Below are positions 1-10,493 of a stretch of 64,000 bases of DNA, piece after piece. This DNA is from Naegleria gruberi. Its lineage: Eukaryota. The position numbers and the translations under genes were made by a program. The DNA lies in the NCBI GenBank assembly GCA_000004985.1, contig GG738857.1, one strand, 5' to 3'. A model generated the notes under the pieces. That model made no database searches, was not told the origin of the DNA, and was given only the letters and a program-made list of their open reading frames with translations. Each line of letters opens with the position of its first letter. Position 1 is the stretch's first letter.

Positions 1-118
1 AAGTTTTCACTTCATGGACATAAGAGCACCACATTTATTTTACTGAAAAAGGAATTAATTGGAAAACTGCTCTTCTGGATTATGCTAAATCAGTTCTTGC
101 TTGAGTTTTTGTGGATTA

Positions 119-421
119 TTATTGTTTTGGTTTTCCAATGAGATCATCAATTGTAATATTGGGAACTGTTAAATTGATAAAACGATCAACAGAGATGGAA
201 TCACTCATGATTTTTACTTGTTCTTCAGGTGTAGCATTTCTGAATTCTTCCATCATTTCGCCAACTTGTTGGTTAAGAGCTCTCATCTTATCGAATATGT
301 CAGGGTTGTTGTTGTTTCTTTCCATTTGATCACAAGTCTGGCTGATTCGAATAGTGTGATGTTTGTTTCTTTTTTTTGAATTATTGTTTGCTTGTGAACA
401 ATTTCTTGCTTGAGAAAACAA
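119..421 (-). CDS. Hypothetical small protein (100 aa), complete ORF with TAA stop at 116-118
   Basis: Intact ORF on the minus strand. No recognisable motif. It may be the last exon of a gene whose upstream exons lie in 422-1400. Confidence 0.25.
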   Translation of the reverse strand: MFSQARNCSQANNNSKKRNKHHTIRISQTCDQMERNNNNPDIFDKMRALNQQVGEMMEEFRNATPEEQVKIMSDSISVDRFINLTVPNITIDDLIGKPKQ

Positions 422-1469
422 ATTCGGTCGTCAAGGAAAACCTCCAATGATGGCAGTCAACCAAGTAACGTCAGTAATCCATTGGTTGTCACATTATCAA
501 AACCTTCATTACAAAATGAACAGTAGAGTACTCTTAAAGAAGTGAACCATTCCAAACTCTACAACAAACTGACAACTCTCCGCTCATTGTAAACTATCGC
601 TCTATGGCCTCAATTTGATTCTCTCTATTTTTACAATTAAAAATCAAAAAAATTGATCCTCAAATTAATCAATTATATTACATTACGTACGTAGAGTAGT
701 CAATGAACAACAACATTCCAAGCAACCTAACACCATTTGAAACCTCCCTCAACAATGCACCAGTATTCAGTATAATTAATACTTCAACAACTGAATATTA
801 ATACCTCCACGATCAAGAATCTTTTCATCATCATCAAGAAAATATATTGTACTGAGTTTTGAAGCATCAGAATTTGAACCTTTTTTTGTCTTCTCTCTCG
901 GTTAAAGCACAAGAAGAATATTTTCTTATTCCTACCACACATCCTCAATAATATCGAATCTTTTTGTGGATTAATTCACTGCTTCATTGCTTCATCATCA
1001 AAGGACTGTTTGAGTTTTGAATATTCAAAAGTTTTTAGTAAAAAACAAACACGTCTCATCAACCAACCAGAAAAACCCCATTCAACATTAATATTTGATA
1101 TCGGATTTTGAATAGGACATTAAATCCTCAAGTAAGCACCACCCTAATTAATTTTCATTCAATAGAAAGTGAGAACTCTCAAAACAGCCTTTCATTCTTC
1201 ATCACCATCAAACAATTTAGAACTTCTAAAGGCTTCTTCATCAGCAACAAGGAAGATAATTTAAATTTTTATTTTCCGCGCCTCTTTTAATCAAGACACA
1301 GTAGGATCGTTAGTTCCGACCACAAAATCTTCCATAGGATTCACCACTTGTGCTTACTGCAAACAAGTTGTTGTGTTCCAGGTTTTTAGCTTTTATCGAT
1401 AAAAAAAGACAAGACTTGTTGTATCATCTCTCACTCTATCACTAAGAAGAATCAAAGCAGCAGACTGTT

Positions 1470-2613
1470 TTGATTGCAAGAGTAACTGTCAAGTTTGAAT
1501 ATTCATCATCACCATCATCATTATCAGCAATAACAATGTTTGAACAATTATTGGAAGGAAAGGCTTCTGTTGCCTTATCTCAATTAACTTTCCAACTGCA
1601 AGAAAATGTATATAGTCAATGGACGGAAGATTACACTATTTGTTTGGTCTCTTTCGTGAATAGTATTCTGTTTCATACGCTGGTTTATTTGGTTATTTCG
1701 CCACTCATATCCAGAACTTTTAAATCATACCGTGAAGGAAGTGAAGAAACCAAGATTGAGTGGAATAGTCGTATGGTTAGTAATGTACATGCTGTGTTGT
1801 ATGTCCTCTTGTCATGTTACTGCATCCTTATAGAGAATGCTTTCCCTACTTTTTCAATGGATGAAGCAACGAAAATGTCAAGATTTGCCGTTTGTTATGC
1901 TGGAGGATACTTTTTATATGATTTGGTTCTGATTTTCAGATATCCAAGTAAGTTTTTCAAGTTTTATTGAATGTAATGGGTTACTCTATTCTCCTATTAA
2001 TTATTATTATCTTCATCAATCATGAACATTGTTGCTTTCACAAATATTTTTGAACTCTTTCCTGAATTATTCAAATTGATTATTTCACCATCATCATGAA
2101 CAATGTCTTTACTACATGGCCACTTAATATTAATAATGAAATATTATTATCATGCCATTGTTAAAATTCTAACAATCATTAGAACTCGGAGGAATTGCCA
2201 TGTGGTTCCATCACGGATTTGTTCTCTTTGGTATTCTCAGTATTTGGTATTGTGACAAATATTGGGTAGTTTTATGTTACTATTCCATTTTGGAGGTTTC
2301 CACTCCTTTTGTCAATGCTAGATGGTTCTTGTTGGCTTGTGGATTGAAGGAATCACCATTCTATTTCATGAATAATGTTCTCATTTGGCTTGTTTTTGGA
2401 ATGTGTAGAATGCCATTCGTTTTATTTGGACCTTACCTCATCTATGTGAATCATGACAAGATGTTCCAACATTCATTCTATTTTGCCTCCATTCTGTACA
2501 TTCAAATTGCCAATATTAGTATTTTGAATGTTTATTGGTTTGGTTTAATGTCTAAAAAGATGGTGGAAACTGCCTCTTCCATGTTATCATCCAAAGCAAA
2601 GAAGAATTTGTAA
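1470..2613 (+). CDS. TLC-domain (TRAM/LAG1/CLN8; TMEM56/TLCD4-like) multipass membrane protein. Two exons: 1470..1947 and 2183..2613 (intron 1948..2182, GTAAGT...TTAG)
   Basis: Exon 1 carries EWNSRMVSNVHAVLYVLL, and exon 2 carries the AMWFHHGFVLFG HH motif and further hydrophobic helices. The donor cca|GTAAGT at 1948 and the acceptor cattag| at 2182 restore the frame (K-LGGIAMWFHH). The start could be M1470 or the internal M at about 1536. Confidence 0.65.
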
Positions 2614-3222
2614 ATTTCACTTCATTACAATCAAAGAACCACTCGATTGATAACAGTTGACAATTATTATCATCCAAAAGGTTTGATTATTATCCTATTT
2701 CCACAAACTAATACCAAAACCTTGCAATTTACCCATTCAATCTTAAAGTAAAACATACTCAATTGAGCCATAATCATCTTGATCTTTGTTCTCTNTCACT
2801 CTTAATGAAATACCATCTAAAAACAATACCTTCCTCATCCTTTTCCACTCTTCTACAATCAGCACCTAATTTCCATTTCCCAACTGTGAAAGTATCATTC
2901 CAAACTTGGTCCCTTCTCGTCATCCCATTGTCAAGCATCTGTCCAGCCAGTTTGCTGAATTGAGAAACCTTTCAAGAGAAATTTTTCCAACAAGAAAAAA
3001 ATTTCATCTTCACAATCACCACGATTCTCTCTGCACGTGTTGTTGTTTGACTTGTTGTGTCGTTGTCGTCTTTGAATATATTATTATAGAGGAGAATTTT
3101 GTAGTGTTGTACATATTGTAAAATTATCAAGAGATTGCAAAGAGTGTATTATTATTGTCATTGAGTATCTTAATAATCATAGAGTGTATTCGTCATCATC
3201 AAAATTATAAATTATCAACAAT

Positions 3223-4777
3223 ATGAGTAATAGTGATAGTAGTGAAGGTAGTTTGGATATTACCATCTCTGAAGAAACACAAAGTAGATCCCAAATTGCT
3301 AAAGCCATCCTCAAGGAAAAGTATGGTTCACAAAAACTGGTAAAGGAAGGTGTATCCACTTGGACTGATCTTCTTAAATCACGTCTTTCATTGGCTGATT
3401 TTGATGTCATCAAGGTTATTGGTAGAGGTGCTTTCGGAGAAGTAATGTTAGTCAGAAAGAAGGATTCAAAGGAAGTTTTGGCTTTGAAAAAGTTGATCAA
3501 GAAGGAAATGATGAAGAAGAAGCAAATTCTCCACGTTAGAGCAGAAAGAGACATTTTGGCCCATTCTAATAATCCTGTATGTATTGTTTTTATTCTCTCC
3601 TCTGTAATATTTACCAACAACTATATAATGTATTCTTCTAATTGACAATTTTATTATATAATATTTGATAATATATTTAATAATTATTCATCATATCACG
3701 TGACGATGATGTTGTATTATTGGATATATAATGGATGACAAACTTTTCATATGATATCATATGGAACTGTATTCAATATACAAATTTAAACATTAACAGT
3801 GGATTGTAGATTTACGTTATTCATTCCAAGATGATGACAATCTCTACTTGGGTATGGAATTCTTACAGGGAGGAGATTTGATGACTTGGTTGATAAAGAA
3901 GGAAATTTTCACGGAAGAACAAACAAGATTCTACATTGCAGAACTCATTCTTGCTGTTGAATCTATTCACAAAATGAATTATGTACACAGAGATTTGAAA
4001 CCAGATAACATTTTACTCGATTCTAGAGGTCACATCAAGTTGACTGACTTTGGATTGTGTAAGCCTTTTGATGAAGATCCATTCGAGGATGTCAGTGAAG
4101 AAGAAATGAAACAAGCTCAACAAAATGATCAAAAAGGTCCAATTGACAAGGTTGACTCATTGTCTAGAAGAGAAAAGATGAGAAGTTGGAAGATTGAAGG
4201 TAGAAAAATGTTATATTCCACTGTTGGTTCACCTGGTTATATTGCTCCAGAAGTTTTGTTAAAGAAGGGATACAGATATGATTGTGATTGGTGGTCTGTT
4301 GGTGTAATTATGTACGAAATGATTTATGGTTATCCACCTTTCTATGCTGATGATCCAATCAAGACATGTCAAAAGATTGTCAGATGGAAACACTTTTTGG
4401 AATTCCCTGATGATATTAATGTTAGTGCTGATGCTAAAGATTTACTTCAACATTTATTATGTGACACTGACAAACGTTTGGGATCAGAAGATGATAAATC
4501 AAGAGGAATTGATATTATCAAGAAACATCCATTCTTCAACGGATTTGATTGGTATACTGTCAGATCCAAACAAGCTCCATTCACACCTGATGTCAAATCT
4601 GATTTGGATACAACCCACTTTGATGAATTTGGTACACCTGGTGTTAATAGCCCAACTGTTCTCTCCAAATCAAAGGTTGCCAAAAATCAAGTAGCCGAAT
4701 TTACTAATTTTACCTATGTCAGAGATCAAGATAAGAGCAGAAAAGGTTTGGATTCAATCTTCCCAAATCAAAAATAA
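3223..4777 (+). CDS. NDR/LATS-family (Cbk1/Orb6/Dbf2-like) AGC Ser/Thr protein kinase. Two exons: 3223..3576 and 3800..4777 (intron 3577..3799, GTATGT...TTAACAG)
   Basis: Canonical kinase motifs are present: GRGAFGEV glycine loop, [15 protein letters not shown] (LTDFGLC), and [10 protein letters not shown]. There is a long activation-segment insert typical of NDR kinases and a C-terminal hydrophobic motif FTNFTYV. The junction reads ...HSNNP|[22 protein letters not shown], matching the NDR consensus. An AATAAA lies just after the stop. Confidence 0.85.
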
Positions 4778-5233
4778 ATTTTACAACACATTCAACATTC
4801 AAATAAATCTGTCAATATTATTTGTGATGAATCATCAATGTGCAAATTTGAGCAAAACGATCAGTAATACCGCGTGCAACATTCTTTACTAATATTTTCA
4901 CACTTTACAATTAACAGCTACCAAAAGAGGCAAGCTTTACAACAAGTATTTAACATTATGTTTGATTTGACTTGATTCAACAGGAGTATCCTTCATAAAT
5001 GGTCTTCGTTAGTCTTGCATATCGTTATACCTGCATTATGAGTGTTAGATTCCCACTGTAATGAAGGTTAAATTTCACTCCAGCAACTTCCTCAACCGCA
5101 AGCTTTTAATAGCCACTTTTAACCTTCTTGTAACCTAGCAAGAAATCTTCAAATACTTCACTTTTAAACCACAGCTTAAAAAAATCAACAACAATCTTCA
5201 TCATCCAATTAATTTATTATTACTTATTACAAA

Positions 5234-7600
5234 ATGTCCCACTCCTCTCTTATTGGTTCATCTGTTGAATTTTTGCAAGCTTTGGAACAAGTTGGAAAAC
5301 AAGCTGGCACCGAATCATCATCGTCCTATGTTGCTCAAGAAAGATTTTTGGGTAGCAAGGATTTGATCAAAACAAGATTCGGGGATGATAAAAGTGCCTT
5401 GGAAAGAGTTGTTGTAGATTTGATGGATTCATCAAAGACTCCACTCATCAGAGATCAACGTATTGGTGTCAAATTGGCAATCCACCAACAAGTTAATAAG
5501 AGTGGTTTGAGAGCCTTGTTATTGGCTGATCAATCGAGAACCTTGAGTGATTTGATTGCTGCTCACGTTCATCAAGTATTTACTAATGAAGAATTATTGA
5601 ATTTATTTGATGATGAAAATTTAAGTGAACACACAAGAGTGAGAGTAGAAAAGACTATTCGTAATGAATGCAAGAATTTGATTCTTGATGTTGTTAAGAA
5701 GATTATTGGAAAGGTTAAACCTTCGGAATGTGTTGTTTTACTTTCTCATTTGCCATCATCGACACCAAGTGAAGCAATTTTGGAACTTTTGAATGAATTA
5801 AAACTTGAAACTCTCGAAGGATCAGTAATTGTTAGAAAGCATCCAGAAGTTGTTGCCAAGTTTATTAGACAAGAATTGGATAAGACTATCAAGGGAGCTG
5901 TTCCACAAGTTTCATTGTGGAATCTCTTGATTGCTACCTTGAATGAACTTTCATCGGTTTTCAACACATTGAGCAAGGTTAATCCAACACTTGCCTTTGC
6001 CATCATTGATGAATACTTTGTACAATATGCTCTCAAGGAAGATATTCCAGTTGATGCTGTTCAATCCTACTTGTTGCTCAAGGTTAAAAACTTCCCAGAA
6101 ACCTTCAAGTCATGCATCAATTCCAAATCCAAGATTCAACTCAACGTTTCACAACTTTTGAAAATGTTCTCCATCGAAGATGTTGCTGGAATTTATTTGA
6201 AGAAGCTTGAAACTTTAAATTATGCTACTTCACCAGAATCAAGTGCCTTTTTGAGATCATTCGAAGTTTACGATAACAGAGATGCCAAGAAGGTTGTCAT
6301 TCTCATTAGCAAGTTGGTTGCTAAGGGTGCTACTGTTGAAAAGTTGAGTGATTGGATCTTTAGAAATGTTCAACCATCAACTGATATTCCAAGCTTTTTG
6401 AAATACTTCCCACTCCCTGTTATCCACAGTGTCGCTACCAAATTGTACGAAGTTAGAAAGTTGAAAGACTTTTCCACTCCAGATCAAGAATCCAGATATT
6501 GGAGATATATGAATATGGTTGAAGAAGAAGCTTCCTATAAGAAATTTAAAGGATCTTGCTCAAATTCTAATTCCAATGTCAGACTCAATGTTTTACTTGA
6601 CTTGTTCTTCTGTTCTCTCTTGCACAATAAGAGAGTTAAGGAAACTTTGGAATTTATGGATTCTCGTTTGAAGAATGATGTCGAATCAATTCCTACTGTC
6701 ATTTCAACCCTTTCTAGTGATATCTTCTTTGCTACAAAAATCTTTTCTCTTTACAAGAATGAAGAATATAGAGAAGCTTTACACACTCTCTTGGAAAATA
6801 CTGCCAAAAAGTCAGAGGCTCCATGGTACTACAGAAACTTCTTCTCATCAGTCTTCCGTTATTATAAGGATGATATTACAGTTCTCAAGTTCCTCATTGA
6901 GAAAACTTCCAATTTTGCCAAGTTTAACGATATGGGCTTTATTGGTCTCTATGGTGTTACCTTGAAGCCAGAAATTCACAAGGTTGTCTCTGAAATTCTC
7001 TTCCAATCTATGATAAACAAAATTGAATCTGAAGGAAATCCTCAAATATTGAGAGATGTATTGAACTTGGGAAGATACAAGAAACAACCAAAACACGTTA
7101 AAGAATTATACCAAAAGTTCTTCGACGAATGGATTCCACTCATTTTCAAGAAGGATCCTTACATTGGTTCAGTAAATGATATTGCTAATGGTGCATTCAA
7201 AGGTATTGAAAAGAAGGAAGCCATCGAATTGGTGAAAAAGGTATTGGCCTATGAAGCTGCTTTCATCATGTGTGATAGAGTTCAAAAATTATTGCTCTCC
7301 CGTACCACCAACTTGGAAACTGATTTCATCTTCAAATTTATCAGGGAAAAGGCCTTGACTGGTGCTGAATTGCAAGCTCTCTCTTCTAGTGGTTTTATTC
7401 ATAGTGATTATGTTGCCGCAATCCTTCCTCAATATTTGGGAAGCTTGAGACTTGAAGAATTTGCTTCTCCAGAACTTACCAGAAGACTCATCAGTACCTA
7501 TGAAAACTTGTTGTTCAGATGTGGAAGAGTTAACCCTATTAGTTTCTGCTCAACATATGTTTCTAATACCAGTATTTGCAAGATTATGATCAAGACATGA
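5234..7600 (+). CDS. Large alpha-helical (ARM/HEAT-like) repeat protein, N-terminal 788 aa. The gene probably continues across the 609-N gap
   Basis: Uninterrupted 2.4-kb ORF with repeated amphipathic helical segments. No catalytic motif was recognised. The ORF ends 18 bp before the N-run. A frame change and a possible GTATTT donor at about 7572 suggest splicing into sequence hidden by the gap. Confidence 0.55.
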   Translation: MSHSSLIGSSVEFLQALEQVGKQAGTESSSSYVAQERFLGSKDLIKTRFGDDKSALERVVVDLMDSSKTPLIRDQRIGVKLAIHQQVNKSGLRALLLADQSRTLSDLIAAHVHQVFTNEELLNLFDDENLSEHTRVRVEKTIRNECKNLILDVVKKIIGKVKPSECVVLLSHLPSSTPSEAILELLNELKLETLEGSVIVRKHPEVVAKFIRQELDKTIKGAVPQVSLWNLLIATLNELSSVFNTLSKVNPTLAFAIIDEYFVQYALKEDIPVDAVQSYLLLKVKNFPETFKSCINSKSKIQLNVSQLLKMFSIEDVAGIYLKKLETLNYATSPESSAFLRSFEVYDNRDAKKVVILISKLVAKGATVEKLSDWIFRNVQPSTDIPSFLKYFPLPVIHSVATKLYEVRKLKDFSTPDQESRYWRYMNMVEEEASYKKFKGSCSNSNSNVRLNVLLDLFFCSLLHNKRVKETLEFMDSRLKNDVESIPTVISTLSSDIFFATKIFSLYKNEEYREALHTLLENTAKKSEAPWYYRNFFSSVFRYYKDDITVLKFLIEKTSNFAKFNDMGFIGLYGVTLKPEIHKVVSEILFQSMINKIESEGNPQILRDVLNLGRYKKQPKHVKELYQKFFDEWIPLIFKKDPYIGSVNDIANGAFKGIEKKEAIELVKKVLAYEAAFIMCDRVQKLLLSRTTNLETDFIFKFIREKALTGAELQALSSSGFIHSDYVAAILPQYLGSLRLEEFASPELTRRLISTYENLLFRCGRVNPISFCSTYVSNTSICKIMIKT

Positions 7601-7617
7601 GAAAGCTTGCTGTGAAC

Positions 7618-8226
7618 NNNNNNNNNNNNNNNNNNNNNNNNNNNNNNNNNNNNNNNNNNNNNNNNNNNNNNNNNNNNNNNNNNNNNNNNNNNNNNNNNNN
7701 NNNNNNNNNNNNNNNNNNNNNNNNNNNNNNNNNNNNNNNNNNNNNNNNNNNNNNNNNNNNNNNNNNNNNNNNNNNNNNNNNNNNNNNNNNNNNNNNNNNN
7801 NNNNNNNNNNNNNNNNNNNNNNNNNNNNNNNNNNNNNNNNNNNNNNNNNNNNNNNNNNNNNNNNNNNNNNNNNNNNNNNNNNNNNNNNNNNNNNNNNNNN
7901 NNNNNNNNNNNNNNNNNNNNNNNNNNNNNNNNNNNNNNNNNNNNNNNNNNNNNNNNNNNNNNNNNNNNNNNNNNNNNNNNNNNNNNNNNNNNNNNNNNNN
8001 NNNNNNNNNNNNNNNNNNNNNNNNNNNNNNNNNNNNNNNNNNNNNNNNNNNNNNNNNNNNNNNNNNNNNNNNNNNNNNNNNNNNNNNNNNNNNNNNNNNN
8101 NNNNNNNNNNNNNNNNNNNNNNNNNNNNNNNNNNNNNNNNNNNNNNNNNNNNNNNNNNNNNNNNNNNNNNNNNNNNNNNNNNNNNNNNNNNNNNNNNNNN
8201 NNNNNNNNNNNNNNNNNNNNNNNNNN
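7618..8226. other. Assembly gap (609 N)
   Basis: Run of n characters. ORFs reported across it are artefacts. Confidence 1.
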
Positions 8227-8267
8227 TCAGCATTAATTGAATTTTTGGAACTAAATTCCTTCCAAAG

Positions 8268-9788
8268 AATGCCAAGAAGGATGAAGAAAAAGTTGAACAA
8301 GATGAAGAAGAAGATGTTGAAGAAGATGATGAACAAGAACCTGTAGAAGCTGGAGAAGAAACTGTCAAGATGGATGTTGAAGATAATGCCACCAGATGCT
8401 TGGCCTCCCTCGTCAGAATTTACTCTCAAAACCCAGTTGAACATTTGCAATATGTTTTAGAAAATATCAGCTCTGAAAACGTCTTGTACTACTTCTCTGC
8501 TATTGGTAGAATTTCAACCTTCTACAATGATGTCAAATTCATTGATGCTTACTGTGCCATTTTGAAGAAGCAATTCACTGAAGTTCTCACTTCCAAACAA
8601 CCTCTTCCAACCAATATGAGCATTGCTGTTCAAAAGATGTTAATTTCCAGACTCAAGGCCTACGTTCAACATTTGAATAGTGAAATTCCAAGTAAGATTG
8701 TTGATACTCTCGTTCAAATTTGGGATTTGAAACCACAAAAGGATGTTCAAGTTGCAATTTTGAGCACCATCTTGTTGGCTATTAAGAATGATAGAACTGA
8801 TCAACTCTACAATAAGGCCAAGAGTATTTTGGAACAAGCTACTACTCATGAATATGAAGATATTGTTCTTGCATTGGCTGGATTTGGTCCAACTAAGAAT
8901 GTTACTACCATGAGAGAAATCTTCTCCTTGAGATTGAAGACTCTTGAACATCCAACTTCCAAGATTCAAACCTCTGCATGGTCAACTGTTTCCAGCTCTG
9001 CAACCACACCTTCCTTCATTAAGAGAGTTGCTTCAGAAAGTTTCAATCCTATTGCCTTGTTCAGAAAGTACATTGTTGATGCTGTTCTCACTTTTAATCC
9101 ACAACAACAACACAATATTGCCAACGTTGCCATTGATGTCTTGCTTAAGGAAATTATTCAAACTCCAGAAGAAGCTGGTTCAATTTTACTTGACAGTATT
9201 TTGGTTCCTCTCTTGACTGAAGAAAAATACCAAAAACTCGATAGAGAAACTTACAATGCTGATATTACTTGGGATAGACCTGTTAAGGCTCGTTTGGCCC
9301 ATATTGTCAATTCTCTTTCTACAAAGGTTGCATCTACTTACTTGCTCATTTCAGACAGCAATAAGCAAACTATTCAATCAAAGATTGTTTTACCACTTGT
9401 TGAAGTTGTTAAGAAGCACGTTCAAAATCGTCTTCCATATGTCTGCATTGTTTCATCAATTAATACTAACTGGAATGATGTTGACTCTGTTGTTCAAAAC
9501 TCAATCAAGAATGTTGCCGATTTATTAAGTGATGTTGAAGAACCATTGAAGACCCTCATTTTGTCCAAGATTGTTAATCACTCACATCAAATTACTCTCA
9601 ATAGATCCAATGTCAATGTTCTCCTTGATGCAGTTGCAAAGGTTTTGAATAATGCCAGTGAATTCTCTCAAACTGAACAAATTATTGCTACAGGAATTTT
9701 GATGAGTCTTGGAACTGCTGATGACAAGACAAGAGAATTGAAGAAGATTGCCAGAAAGAGTAATGTTCTCAATTTGTTGACTGAATAA
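8268..9788 (+). CDS. C-terminal portion of an alpha-helical repeat protein (acidic linker then helical repeats). Probably the same gene as 5234..7600
   Basis: The frame is open from 8241. A candidate acceptor ttccttccaaag| lies at 8267. An acidic stretch (KDEEKVEQDEEEDVEEDDEQEP) is followed by 470 aa of helical repeats to TAA at 9786-9788. Same strand and similar composition to the upstream ORF. Confidence 0.5.
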   Translation, partial: NAKKDEEKVEQDEEEDVEEDDEQEPVEAGEETVKMDVEDNATRCLASLVRIYSQNPVEHLQYVLENISSENVLYYFSAIGRISTFYNDVKFIDAYCAILKKQFTEVLTSKQPLPTNMSIAVQKMLISRLKAYVQHLNSEIPSKIVDTLVQIWDLKPQKDVQVAILSTILLAIKNDRTDQLYNKAKSILEQATTHEYEDIVLALAGFGPTKNVTTMREIFSLRLKTLEHPTSKIQTSAWSTVSSSATTPSFIKRVASESFNPIALFRKYIVDAVLTFNPQQQHNIANVAIDVLLKEIIQTPEEAGSILLDSILVPLLTEEKYQKLDRETYNADITWDRPVKARLAHIVNSLSTKVASTYLLISDSNKQTIQSKIVLPLVEVVKKHVQNRLPYVCIVSSINTNWNDVDSVVQNSIKNVADLLSDVEEPLKTLILSKIVNHSHQITLNRSNVNVLLDAVAKVLNNASEFSQTEQIIATGILMSLGTADDKTRELKKIARKSNVLNLLTE

Positions 9789-9839
9789 ATAGTTTACAAA
9801 GATTAATTGTATTAAATATTCATTTCAATTTGAAGTAGA

Positions 9840-10388
9840 CTACGAAGGATCAGGCTCGCCTGCCATCCTCCTCAATATATAGGTTACCAAAGGATCAAAT
9901 GTGTTAAAAGCATAAACAATAAACACAATTGACATTATGGCTAATACTACAAATAAAATAATTGCCAATCCTAATATAACTATTCCTACAATCTTAATTT
10001 CCGCATTCCCATTCAATCCAAACGTCATGGCCATTGTAAAATCACTCGCGTTATTGTAGTAACATCCAAGTATTGGTGTAGAATTGGTCAGAACAACGAC
10101 ATTAGTTTCGTCTAGAATCGAACAAGGAAATTCAACCTTTTCTTCTTGTTCTACTGTTATTGAATAATTATCTTTCCTGAGATAGTATCTCATAATTGTT
10201 GTATCCTTACAAGTTCCTCTTCCTGCACATGTGCTTGTTGCGATTTTACATTCCGAAGCAAAACAATCTTGATGATGGGAACCTGTCAATGTAAATGCCA
10301 CCATGACAGTTCCTACAGAGCACGAGATGATCAGGATGACGCAAACGGAGAGAAGAAAGATACCCAACCGAAGGTAGAAAACATGCAT
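9840..10388 (-). CDS. Small membrane protein (182 aa) with N-terminal TM or signal anchor, a Cys-rich ectodomain (TLTGSHHQDCFASECKIATSTCAGRGTCKD) and a C-terminal TM. Paralog of 18134..18491
   Basis: Two hydrophobic segments flank a motif with 6 Cys. The Cys motif and the FP...NDF...TM tail are shared with the locus at 18134..18491. Confidence 0.5.
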   Translation of the reverse strand: MHVFYLRLGIFLLSVCVILIISCSVGTVMVAFTLTGSHHQDCFASECKIATSTCAGRGTCKDTTIMRYYLRKDNYSITVEQEEKVEFPCSILDETNVVVLTNSTPILGCYYNNASDFTMAMTFGLNGNAEIKIVGIVILGLAIILFVVLAIMSIVFIVYAFNTFDPLVTYILRRMAGEPDPS

Positions 10389-10493
10389 TCGTCTTCGAGG
10401 TATTTTTTAGAGATCGAATTTATTCGAAAGTTCCCTTGTGTCATAAAAGGAAAGATTTAAAAATTAAATTTAATACAATGTGACCCAATTCCA

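Noticed and set aside
3177-3648. Minus-strand ORFs of 147 and 60 aa antisense to NDR-kinase exon 1 and its intron
   Set aside because: They overlap a confidently identified kinase exon on the opposite strand. Low-complexity translations.
7550-8450. ORFs of 256-286 aa spanning the 609-N gap
   Set aside because: Their length comes from translating n as X. Artefacts of the gap.
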